A stretch of 64,000 nucleotides of DNA, taken from the NCBI GenBank assembly GCA_963751275.1, contig CAVVTZ010000007.1:1-64000 (forward strand), in the 5' to 3' direction. Under the pieces are notes generated by a model that saw only the letters and a program-made list of their open reading frames with translations, did no database searches and was not told the DNA's origin. The DNA is from an uncultured Gemmatimonadaceae bacterium. GTDB lineage: Bacteria > Gemmatimonadota > Gemmatimonadetes > Gemmatimonadales > Gemmatimonadaceae. Below are positions 29,173-37,958 of this stretch, in pieces; position 1 is the stretch's first letter, and every line of letters starts with the position of its first letter. Position numbers and translations under genes: made by a program.

Positions 29173-29784
29173 ATGCGCAGAGTTCGCCGCTTGGCCATTG
29201 CCGCCGTATTGCTCGTCGCCGTCACCGCCGCGCTCCCCGCACAGCGCACTGAAGGCGTCACCGCGAGCATCGGCCTCGGCTACGGCAGCCTGTCTACGCA
29301 CCTCTCCGACAACGCCGATGAACACGTCTCCGGCTCGCAGGGCGCCGCCGCCGGCTCGATCGCGCTAGGCTGGGCCTTCAGCGACCAGTGGCGCGTGGCG
29401 CTCCAGTTCGACCAGGTGGATGCGACGAACTATCTCGTCTCGCAGGTCGGCAGCGGCACGGAGGCGATCGCGGCCTTCTACACGGCGTCGGTCGCATTCT
29501 ATCCGGGCGCCAGATCCAACTTCTGGGTGCGGGCCAACGTCGGCATGGGGCACATCGAGCTCGACCGCGCCGACGGCAACGGCAGCGCCACGAACTTCGC
29601 GGCGGGCCTCGGTGCCGGCTACGATTGGAAGTTCGGCAAGAGCACTCCCTTCGCCGCGGTGCCGTACATCAGCTATCTGGCGGTGTTCAACACCGGCGAC
29701 TTCGGCGGTGCCTTCAGCGGCCTCGACCTCCATGGATCCGTCGGGCTCCTCGAGGTGGGCGTCGCCCTGGGATTCGGCAACTAG
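29173..29784 (+). CDS. Outer-membrane beta-barrel protein, divergent paralogue 4
   Basis: Signal peptide; IGLGYGS, FYTASVAFYP, NFWVRANVGMG, GLGAGYDW and VGVALGF align with paralogues 1-3. Confidence 0.8.
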   Translation: MRRVRRLAIAAVLLVAVTAALPAQRTEGVTASIGLGYGSLSTHLSDNADEHVSGSQGAAAGSIALGWAFSDQWRVALQFDQVDATNYLVSQVGSGTEAIAAFYTASVAFYPGARSNFWVRANVGMGHIELDRADGNGSATNFAAGLGAGYDWKFGKSTPFAAVPYISYLAVFNTGDFGGAFSGLDLHGSVGLLEVGVALGFGN

Positions 29785-29866
29785 CGCACCTCGATCCGCG
29801 TCTTGACGCGACTCCGCTCCGAGCGCTACTTCCGAGGCCGGACGCCCACTGGAGATCCATCGCCCC

Positions 29867-30826
29867 ATGACATACGCGCGCATCCTCTGCGTGATCACGA
29901 TCGCCGCCGTCGCGGCGTGCAAGCCTCCCGATGCCGAGAAGGCCAAGGCGGATTCCGCCGCCGCGGTGCGGACGGCCGACTCCATCGCGGCGCCCAGCCG
30001 CACGAAAACGGTGATCGGGTTCAAGGCGCCGGAATCCGTGCGCTACGATTCCGCGCTCGACGTCTTCTTCGTCTCGAGCACCAACGGCGATGAGTTCGCC
30101 AAGGACGACAACGGCTTCATCTCGCGCATTCGCGCCGACGGCACGATCGATTCCCTGCTCTTCATCGCCGGTGGACGCGGCGGCGTGACGCTGCATTCCC
30201 CGCACGGCCTCGTCATCATCGCCGACACGCTCTGGGTGGCGGACCTCGACGCCGTGCGCGGCTTCAACAAGAACACCGGCGCGCTCGTCGCCTCGATCGA
30301 CCTCCAGAAGCTGGGCGCGGTCTTCCTGAACGACATCGCCGCCGCGCCGGATGGTTCGCTCTACATCACCGACACCGGCCCCGGCCCCGACGGGAAGGCC
30401 ACGGCCACCAAGGGCAATCGCATCTTCCGCATCGGCCCCGATCACAAGCCCTCCGTCGCGCTCCACAGTGACTCGCTCGGCTCCCCCAACGGGATCACGT
30501 GGGATGCGCGCGGCAAGCGCTTCATCATCGTGCAGTGGGGCGACACGCACATCCTCGGCTGGCGCCCGGGCGACAAGGTGGCGCGCACGATCGGCTTCGG
30601 TGCGACCCAATCGGACGGCGTCGAGGTGATGCCCGACGGCCGGCTCGTGATCACGAGCTGGGCGGAGCATGCGCTGATCATCAATCACGGCAATCAACAG
30701 ACGATCGTCCGCGGATTCAGCGCGCCGGCCGACTTCGGCGTGGATACGCGCCGGTCGCGGCTCGCGATCCCGATCATGGACCAGGATCGCGTGGAGTTCT
30801 ACGCGCTCCCGCCGCTCAAACCGTAA
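29867..30826 (+). CDS. SMP-30/gluconolactonase-like beta-propeller lipoprotein
   Basis: Lipobox VAAC; GFKAPESVRYD, DDNGFISR, FLNDIA, PNGI, DGVE and PADFG motifs. Confidence 0.85.
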   Translation: MTYARILCVITIAAVAACKPPDAEKAKADSAAAVRTADSIAAPSRTKTVIGFKAPESVRYDSALDVFFVSSTNGDEFAKDDNGFISRIRADGTIDSLLFIAGGRGGVTLHSPHGLVIIADTLWVADLDAVRGFNKNTGALVASIDLQKLGAVFLNDIAAAPDGSLYITDTGPGPDGKATATKGNRIFRIGPDHKPSVALHSDSLGSPNGITWDARGKRFIIVQWGDTHILGWRPGDKVARTIGFGATQSDGVEVMPDGRLVITSWAEHALIINHGNQQTIVRGFSAPADFGVDTRRSRLAIPIMDQDRVEFYALPPLKP

Positions 30827-30839
30827 CCGCGTGCATTCG

Positions 30840-31421
30840 ATGCGCATCACGACCGCCGCCGCCGCGCTGCTCCTCGCGCTCTCCGCTTGCGACCAGGTGA
30901 TCAAGGATCCGCCCAAGGGCCCGGAGGCGGTCAAGTCCGCCGCGGACAGCGCAGCCGCCGCGGCCGACGCCGCCGCCGCGGATTCGGCAAGGAAGTTCGC
31001 GCTCGCCGTCGCGAAGGCGCGCGCGCCGATGGCGCTCACGGTCTCCGGCGCGCAGCACTTCTCCGCCGACAGCGCATTCAAACTCAGCTGCGTCTCCAGC
31101 GAGAGCAACGGTGAGACGTTGTTGCAGGTGGAAGGCCTGCACCGGAACGCGCGCGTCAGCTTCACGATCTACAACCCGCGCGATGGCGATCTGCCCGTGG
31201 GCAATAACTACACGCGGCGCCGCGCGCACTCGCGCATCGGGAACGTCGAGGTCTCCGTCGGCACGAAGACCTACGGCGATGGCCGCGGCGCCGCCGATCT
31301 CACCGATCCGCTCGGCCGCTCCGGCTCGCTCCACGCCAGCAGCTTCATCAAGATGGGCGTGAAGAAGGGGCAGAGCCACGCCGCGGACATCTCGCTGCAC
31401 GTTCGCTGGCACTGTGAATAG
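30840..31421 (+). CDS. Hypothetical lipoprotein
   Basis: Lipobox LSAC; Ala-rich linker; stop overlaps the next gene. Confidence 0.65.
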   Translation: MRITTAAAALLLALSACDQVIKDPPKGPEAVKSAADSAAAAADAAAADSARKFALAVAKARAPMALTVSGAQHFSADSAFKLSCVSSESNGETLLQVEGLHRNARVSFTIYNPRDGDLPVGNNYTRRRAHSRIGNVEVSVGTKTYGDGRGAADLTDPLGRSGSLHASSFIKMGVKKGQSHAADISLHVRWHCE

Positions 31422-33873
31422 CGCGGCGCGCGGCGCGGCGGCGGTCCTCGCGGCCGCGGCGCTCGCTGCATGCGGGAAGCCCGGCGCTTCCACGAATCCC
31501 GCCTCCGCGCCCGACGACGCGCTGCATCGCCTGCCCACCGGCGCCTACCTCGATCCCGTGGCGCCGTCGGTGCAGGCTGGATCGCTGCCGCTCGCCATGG
31601 TGCTCGCGCCCGATCACCGGTACGCGGTGCTGCTCCTCAACGGCTGGAAGGAGCGCGGCATCCAGATCATCGACCGCCGCTACGGCGCGGTGACGGCGAC
31701 GATCGCCATGCCGAGCGCCTTCCTGGGACTCGCCTTCTCGCCGGACGGGAAGACGCTCGCGGCCTCCGGCGGGAACGCGGACGCGATCTACCTTTTCTCG
31801 TGGCACGGCGGTTCCGCCACGCTCATCGACAGCATTGTGCTCGCGGCGAAACGCACCACGGACGGCACCCGCTATCCCGCGGGGATCGCGTGGTCGCGCG
31901 ACGGGCGCACGATCTACGCGGCGGAGGATCTCGCCGACTCGCTCGCGGTGCTCGACGTCGCGTCGCGGCGCGTCGTGCAGCGTTTCCCTGCGGGCCGGTA
32001 CCCGTACGGCGTCGCGGTCGCCCCCGATGGCACGGTCTACGTGTCGGCGTGGGGCGGCTACGCCGTGGCCGCGTTCACCGCCGCCGGTGGCGGCCGGCTC
32101 GCGCTCGCCGCGCCGCTCACGGCAGGCCGCCACCCATCGGCGCTGCTGCTGAATGCCGACGGCTCACGATTGTTCGTCGCGTCGGCCACCACCGACCGCG
32201 TCATTGTGGTCGATACGCGCACGCGCAAGGTGATCGCCGAACTCCACGATCCCGCGCCCGCCGGACCCGGAGAGGGCAGCACGCCGAATGCGCTCGCGCT
32301 GTCGGCGGATGGGTCGCGGCTCTTCGTGGCCGAAGCGGACAACAACGCCGTCGCCGTATTCGATCTGTCGGCCGCGACCTCGGGCGTGTCGAGCGCGCGA
32401 AGCGCCGATCGTCTCACCGGACGCTTCCCCGTGGAGTGGTATCCCGCGGGGCTCGCCATGGCGGGCGACACCGCGCTCATCCTCAACGCGAAGGGGCGCA
32501 TCCCCGGCGCGAACCCCGGTGACCCGACGCCGGTGAGTCCGAGCGGCGCGACCACGCACATCTACACGCTCGGCCAGCTCAATGGCACCATCACCACGTT
32601 CGCGGGCGCCATGGATGATTCGGCCGCGCTCGCGCCGCTCTCCGCGCGCGTCGCCCGCGCGAATGGATGGGATGCCGCCGCCCGCACCACGGCGCATTAT
32701 CCGCCCTTCGAGCACGTGATCTACATCCTCAAGGAGAACCGCACGTTCGATCAGGTGCTCAGCGATCTCCCCGGTGTGGATGGCGACACGTCGCTGCAAT
32801 TCTTCACGCGCGCATCATCGCCCAATCATCACGCGCTCGCCGAGCGCTTCGGCGCGTACGACCGCTTCTTCGTGAACGCCGAGGTGAGCGCCAATGGGCA
32901 CAACTGGACGTTCGGCTCGTACGCGGCGGATTACGTGGAGAAGACCGTCGCGCTCGCGTACGCGGACCAGGGGCGCGACTACGACTACGAGGGGGAGAAC
33001 CGCAACGAGGTGCCGGACGACGACGTGAACGGTCCGGCGAACGGGTTCCTCTGGGACGCGGCCGCGCGCGCGAAGATCACGTTCCGCGACTATGGCGAGT
33101 TCACGCACTACGACAGCGCGCCCGGCGCGCGGAAGGGCACCTGGCAGGGCGTCCGTACGGTGATGGCGGGTCACACGAATCCCGATTATCCGGGCTTCAA
33201 CCTTGCGATCAAGGACCAGCACCGGATGGACGTGTGGCTCGAGGAATTCAAGGAATTCGAGCGCACGGGCGAGATGCCGGCGCTCATCACCATGAACCTG
33301 CCGAACGACCATACGTCCGGGATGAAGGCCGGCGCGATCGCGCCGCGCGCGGCCTTCGCCGACAACGATCTCGCGCTGGGCCGCCTCGTGGACGCGGTCT
33401 CGCGCTCCCGTTTCTGGAAGAACACGATCATCTTCGTCGTCGAGGACGATGCGCAGAACGGGCCCGATCACGTGGACTCGCACCGCTCGGTGATGTTCGC
33501 GATCTCGGCTTACAGCAAGCCGGGGCCGGTGCACCGTTTCGTGAACACCACGGATGTCATCGCGACGATCGTCGAGATCCTGCATCTCGGATCGCTCTCG
33601 CAGTTCGACTTCTACGGCCGGCCGCTGCGCGGCGTCTTCGCGAGCGAACCCGACCTCTCGCCGTACACCGCGCTGACGCCCGCGCAGGACCTGGATGAGC
33701 GCAACCCCACGCTGCGCACCGGGGCCGCAGGCGCACGGCCGCTCGATCTCTCCGGCGCCGATCGCGCGAACGAGGACGATTTCAACCGCGAGCTGTGGCG
33801 CGCGTTCAAGGGCGACACGCCGTACCCGGCGGTGAGACGCATGTCGCCGCCCGGCGCGGCGCAGGCCCGGTGA
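31414..33873 (+). CDS. YncE-like beta-propeller + phosphoesterase (alkaline phosphatase superfamily) lipoprotein
   Basis: Lipobox LAAC; propeller repeats; HVIYILKENRTFDQ, SANGHNW, LPNDHT and EDDAQNGPDHVDSHRS. Confidence 0.9.
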   Translation: MNSAARGAAAVLAAAALAACGKPGASTNPASAPDDALHRLPTGAYLDPVAPSVQAGSLPLAMVLAPDHRYAVLLLNGWKERGIQIIDRRYGAVTATIAMPSAFLGLAFSPDGKTLAASGGNADAIYLFSWHGGSATLIDSIVLAAKRTTDGTRYPAGIAWSRDGRTIYAAEDLADSLAVLDVASRRVVQRFPAGRYPYGVAVAPDGTVYVSAWGGYAVAAFTAAGGGRLALAAPLTAGRHPSALLLNADGSRLFVASATTDRVIVVDTRTRKVIAELHDPAPAGPGEGSTPNALALSADGSRLFVAEADNNAVAVFDLSAATSGVSSARSADRLTGRFPVEWYPAGLAMAGDTALILNAKGRIPGANPGDPTPVSPSGATTHIYTLGQLNGTITTFAGAMDDSAALAPLSARVARANGWDAAARTTAHYPPFEHVIYILKENRTFDQVLSDLPGVDGDTSLQFFTRASSPNHHALAERFGAYDRFFVNAEVSANGHNWTFGSYAADYVEKTVALAYADQGRDYDYEGENRNEVPDDDVNGPANGFLWDAAARAKITFRDYGEFTHYDSAPGARKGTWQGVRTVMAGHTNPDYPGFNLAIKDQHRMDVWLEEFKEFERTGEMPALITMNLPNDHTSGMKAGAIAPRAAFADNDLALGRLVDAVSRSRFWKNTIIFVVEDDAQNGPDHVDSHRSVMFAISAYSKPGPVHRFVNTTDVIATIVEILHLGSLSQFDFYGRPLRGVFASEPDLSPYTALTPAQDLDERNPTLRTGAAGARPLDLSGADRANEDDFNRELWRAFKGDTPYPAVRRMSPPGAAQAR

Positions 33874-33889
33874 GCGCCGGCCGCCGGCC

Positions 33890-34945
33890 GTGACGCCCTT
33901 CCGTTGGATCCTCGCGGCGGTCTCCTTCGCCGCCGCGATCGCGGTCTCGCTGTACATCGTGCGCTCGTCGTGGCCCGCGGAGAACGCCGCGGTCTCCGTG
34001 TCGCCGCTCGTGCACGCCGCGCTGCTGGCGCTCGCGCTCCTGGAGCTGGGCGCGCGGGGACTGAAGGTGCGGCTCAGCGCGGCGGCGCTCTCGATCCCGA
34101 TGACCTACGGCTCCGCCCTGCGCGCGAGCGCGGGCGGCGACTTCGGCGCGGCGATCACGCCGGCGCGCACGGGCGCCGAGCCCGCGCGGTTCCTCATTCT
34201 CACCGAAGCGGGGATGTCCTCGGCCCATATCATCCTCGTGATCTTCGCCGAGTTGTTCCTCGAGATGATCTCGCTCGCGCTGGTGGCCGTCGCGATGTTC
34301 GTGGTGTTCAAGGGCTCGGGCGGGATGATCCTGGGCATGGCCGGATTGGTCGCCGCGTACGCCGTGTTCGTGCTCGGCGGCGCGGCGATCGGGTTCGCGC
34401 TCTCGCGGACGCACGCGTCGGGACCGCCGCCGAAATGGGCGGCCTACGTGGGGCTCGACGCCGGGCGGTGGCGGGCCGTGCAGCGCTCACTGCGCCAATT
34501 GCGCGACGGGATCGAGGGGCTGCGCAATGTGCGGTACGGCATGGCCACGCTGGCGCTGCTGGCGTCGCTCGCGCATGTCGCGCTGCGCCTCTCGATCCTG
34601 CCGCTCATCGTGTACTCGTTCCACGAGCCGGCGCCGCTCGCGCCGCTCATCCTGTGGCCGATCGCGCTCACGTACGGCAGCGTCGTCGCGCCGGTGCCGG
34701 GCGGCGGCGGAGCGATCGAGGTCGCGTTCAAGGCGACGCTCGGCCACACGATCCCGGCGCGCGTCTTCGGCGCGTCGCTCATTTGGTGGCGCTTCTACAC
34801 GTTCTACATCTTCGTGCTGCTCGGTGCGCTCGTCGCCGGCGGCACCGTGCTGCGCGCGCTCCGCGACGATCCCGCCAAGGACAGCGGCGGGAACGGCGTT
34901 ACGGACGCTGTGGACGCGGCACGAGGATCGGCCGCAGCACCCTGA
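33890..34945 (+). CDS. Lysylphosphatidylglycerol synthase TM-region (UPF0104 flippase-like) protein
   Basis: ITPARTGAEP, PVPGGGGAIE and WWRFYTFY motifs; polytopic membrane protein. Confidence 0.85.
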   Translation: MTPFRWILAAVSFAAAIAVSLYIVRSSWPAENAAVSVSPLVHAALLALALLELGARGLKVRLSAAALSIPMTYGSALRASAGGDFGAAITPARTGAEPARFLILTEAGMSSAHIILVIFAELFLEMISLALVAVAMFVVFKGSGGMILGMAGLVAAYAVFVLGGAAIGFALSRTHASGPPPKWAAYVGLDAGRWRAVQRSLRQLRDGIEGLRNVRYGMATLALLASLAHVALRLSILPLIVYSFHEPAPLAPLILWPIALTYGSVVAPVPGGGGAIEVAFKATLGHTIPARVFGASLIWWRFYTFYIFVLLGALVAGGTVLRALRDDPAKDSGGNGVTDAVDAARGSAAAP

Positions 34946-36110
34946 GCGAATCCAGCGGCAGGGGGCCGCTGAGCGTGAACTCCGTGCCGGTGGAATCCGT
35001 CCACTGGATGGAGTTGACGCCCTCCTGCTCGTCCATGCTCTTCATGCGGAATTGGCGCCGCGCCGCGCGTCCCGCCGAATCGCGCGCGGCAGTGGCGGCG
35101 CTGTCGGCATCGCTCCGCGATTCCGCCGGCGCCGTGGCGGTGGACGCGGCGGGCGCCGATGCGAAGCTGGCGAGCGTCACTTCGACCCCGGGCCGCACCT
35201 CGAACACCTTCTTCTGAACGACGCCGGCCTCCTCGGGCACCGTCTGCTCGCTCACGAGCCGCATGCCGGGGAACGGCAGCACGACCGCGCGCTTCGCGGT
35301 GGGCGCGACCGCCATCTGCGACATCTGTGGCGAGGGCGCCTTTGGCGTGAGCTGCGCCTGATCCGTGGCCAGCCCCGGGGCGAGCGCGCCGGAAGCGGCT
35401 GCGGAAGCGGCTGCGGGAGCGGGTGCGGGAGCCGCCGCGACGGCACCATTCACCGGCATGCCGGCCGCCGGTGATTGCATCGCGGGCTTCGGCGCCGCGG
35501 CGCGATCCAATGCGCCTCCCTGCGCTGCGCCATTCTCGTTCGCGCCGCCCGAATCGCGCATTCCGGCGGCGAGCTGCGGCTCCTCGGCTTTCTGCTTCGT
35601 CTTCTCCTCGAGCTTGTCGGCCATCACGCGCGCGTCGGCACCGGCGCCGGCGGCGCCCGCCGGAGCGGCTGCAGGCGCGCTCGTATCGACCGACGGTGAC
35701 ACCGACGCCACCGCCGCGGGGGCGGCCACCGGGAGATCCTTCGCCTTCAACTGGTCTCGTTGTGGCGCCCGCATCGCGGAGCCGCCGTAGGTCATCACGA
35801 GCAGCGTGCCGGTCGCGACCACCACCAGCGATGCCGCCACGCGCAATGTCCACGGCGGGATCCGCGGAGCGGTGCGCGGCGCGGCGGCCGCACCCGGTGT
35901 CGCGCGATAGTCCTTCGGGATCACGCCCGCCGGCACATTGTCGAGCGCCGCGAGGATCCGCGAGGACGCGGCGATGAACCCGCGCGCGTCGGCTACGGCG
36001 GACGCGCACTGGGTGCAGCGCGCGGCGTGCGCTTCCGCCTTGCGCTCATCCTCCGCGCTCAGCGCGCCATCCAGCCACGCGTGGATCGTTCCTTCGTCAA
36101 GATGCCGCAT
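34899..36110 (-). CDS. Zinc-finger (zf-HC2) anti-sigma factor with TM helix and long Ala/Pro-rich extracytoplasmic region
   Basis: MRHLDEGTIHAWLDGAL...HAARCTQC (HxxxCxxC); TM WTLRVAASLVVVATG; overlaps the ECF sigma stop. Confidence 0.88.
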   Translation of the reverse strand: MRHLDEGTIHAWLDGALSAEDERKAEAHAARCTQCASAVADARGFIAASSRILAALDNVPAGVIPKDYRATPGAAAAPRTAPRIPPWTLRVAASLVVVATGTLLVMTYGGSAMRAPQRDQLKAKDLPVAAPAAVASVSPSVDTSAPAAAPAGAAGAGADARVMADKLEEKTKQKAEEPQLAAGMRDSGGANENGAAQGGALDRAAAPKPAMQSPAAGMPVNGAVAAAPAPAPAAASAAASGALAPGLATDQAQLTPKAPSPQMSQMAVAPTAKRAVVLPFPGMRLVSEQTVPEEAGVVQKKVFEVRPGVEVTLASFASAPAASTATAPAESRSDADSAATAARDSAGRAARRQFRMKSMDEQEGVNSIQWTDSTGTEFTLSGPLPLDSLRVLRPILVPRPQRP

Positions 36111-36618
36111 GATCGCTCCCGATCCGGCGCGGCATGCGCTGCAGCGCCTCATAATGTTCAACGAGCCGGCGGCGGGCGCGCGAGAGCGTCGTGCCCACCG
36201 AGCGCACCGACAGCTTCAGCGCCACCGCGATCTCTTCGTAATCCAATCCCTCTTCCCGCATCAGGAGCGCGAGACGGTCGCGTTCGGCCAGCCCATCCAC
36301 CGCCGCGCGCGCCAATGCGGCATCCTCGGCCCGTTCGGCGCTCAGCGGCTCCGGTTCGAATACGTCGTCCTTCTGCTCCTCGCGCAGCAACTCGAGGTGC
36401 CGCCGCTGGCGCGCGCTCTTGCGGGCATCGTCGCGCACGAGGTTGTTGGCCACGGTGAACAGCCACGCGCGCTCGTTCGTGATCGTCTCCTGCCGGAGCG
36501 CGCGCACGAACGTCTCCTGCGCCACCTCTTCCGCCCAGTCGCGGTCCCCCAGCCGGCGGGTCAGGTAGCGCACGAGCATGTCGTGATAGGTGCGGAACAA
36601 CCGGTCAACGTCGTGCAC
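36097..36618 (-). CDS. ECF RNA polymerase sigma factor
   Basis: AEEVAQETFVRA, AWLFTVANNLVRD and EGLDYEEIA..L..SVRSVGTTLSRARRRL. GTG at 36618 with GGAGA SD. Confidence 0.92.
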   Translation of the reverse strand: MHDVDRLFRTYHDMLVRYLTRRLGDRDWAEEVAQETFVRALRQETITNERAWLFTVANNLVRDDARKSARQRRHLELLREEQKDDVFEPEPLSAERAEDAALARAAVDGLAERDRLALLMREEGLDYEEIAVALKLSVRSVGTTLSRARRRLVEHYEALQRMPRRIGSDHAAS

Positions 36619-36701
36619 GCCATCTCCGCGTTGGAGACGAACTATACCCTTGCAATGGTGGGACGTCCGAGCCGGCCCGACTTGCACATCGGGGGTTCAG
36701 G

Positions 36702-37958
36702 TCAGTAGTCCCCTGCTCCGGACGGGATGCTCGCCATGCCGAGTGGCGGCGTGACCAGCTTGTCATCCCGTGTCACCTCGGAGATCTGCGGTTCGAGCCG
36801 CCGCATCATGGATGTGAACGCCCGCGCGACGTCGGTGTCGAATTCCTTCCCGGCGCGCTCGTCGATGAAGAGCAGCGCCTGCGCCGCCGGGTACGGCGAG
36901 CGGTGCGCCCGCTCGATCCGCAGCGCGTTGTACACGCTGCACACGCGCACCATCTTGCTCCCGAAATGGATGGGGCGCTTGAACAGCCCCTGCGGATAGC
37001 CGCTCCCATCGGGACGGAGATGGTGTTCGTAGGCCACCGTGGCGCCCAGTTCCATGCGCTTGTCGCTCTGCAGGATGATGCGCGCGCCATCCACCGGGTG
37101 CCGTTCCACGATCTTCCGCTCCGCATCCGTGAGCTCGATCGGCTTGGACACCAGCTCGCGCGGCACCTTCGCCATGCCGAGGTCGTGCAGCAGCGCGGCC
37201 ATGCCGAACTCGTGCACGTCCTTGTTGCCGAGTCCGAGCGACTCCGAGAGCGCCATCACGAGCACCGCGACGTTGATCGCGTGGATCGCGTTGTACGGAT
37301 CGCTCGCCTTGAGGCGCAGCAGCGGGATGATCATCGCGCTGCTCCCCTTCATCGCGACCGTGAGCGACCGCACCACCGCGTCCGCTTCCACCAGCGGCAC
37401 GACGTCCTTCGCCTCCACCTGCTCGTAGATCCACGTCGCGGCGCCGGCTTCCTCTTCGAGGGCGAAGGGCAGCCCGGTGCCCTCCATGCCCCCCGCGGGC
37501 GTCGGGGTGCGGGTGTCGCCGAGATCGGCGTTCCCTTCCTCGAGTTCGCGCACGGTGACGATGCCGAAGCGGATGCTCTGGCGCGCGCCCGGTGCGCGCG
37601 TAGGCGCCGGGACGGTCCCGCCCGCGCCGCTCTGCACCACGCGCGCGAGCACGTCGGCCACGAAGTCCTCGAACTCGTCGCGCGTCACCTCGGCGTCGAA
37701 CTCCATGCGCTGCACGCCGGATTCGGCGAGCCGCTGCGCCCAGGGCCAGTCCTTGAGGTCGTGCAGCGGCGCCTGGCCGTAGATCACGTCGCGGCCGATG
37801 AAGGAGAAGAGCGGCTGCGCGTTCTCCTTCTGCAATTCCGCGAGCTGGTCGTACGAGGCGTCGGCCGCGCGCTTCCACGTGGGATGCTCGCGCGGGTACA
37901 GCATCATCGTCGACAGGCTCTGCGCGAGCGACGTCAAGAACTTCGCGGGGGCGTTCAT
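36702..37958 (-). CDS. HD-GYP domain protein (degenerate), copy B
   Basis: DPYNAIHAINV, LLHDLGM, HPVDG, EHHLRPDGSGYP and KEFD. ATGA overlap with the upstream HEAT gene. Confidence 0.88.
   Translation of the reverse strand: MNAPAKFLTSLAQSLSTMMLYPREHPTWKRAADASYDQLAELQKENAQPLFSFIGRDVIYGQAPLHDLKDWPWAQRLAESGVQRMEFDAEVTRDEFEDFVADVLARVVQSGAGGTVPAPTRAPGARQSIRFGIVTVRELEEGNADLGDTRTPTPAGGMEGTGLPFALEEEAGAATWIYEQVEAKDVVPLVEADAVVRSLTVAMKGSSAMIIPLLRLKASDPYNAIHAINVAVLVMALSESLGLGNKDVHEFGMAALLHDLGMAKVPRELVSKPIELTDAERKIVERHPVDGARIILQSDKRMELGATVAYEHHLRPDGSGYPQGLFKRPIHFGSKMVRVCSVYNALRIERAHRSPYPAAQALLFIDERAGKEFDTDVARAFTSMMRRLEPQISEVTRDDKLVTPPLGMASIPSGAGDY

Noticed and set aside
26944..29784. Diversity-generating retroelement TR/VR pair
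   Set aside because: Differences between copies are not adenine-specific, all copies are full genes, and no reverse transcriptase is present.
34899..34945. Convergent 3' overlaps (47 nt here; 14 nt at 49485-49498)
   Set aside because: Short tail-to-tail overlaps are common in high-GC genomes with rare stop codons; no evidence of function.
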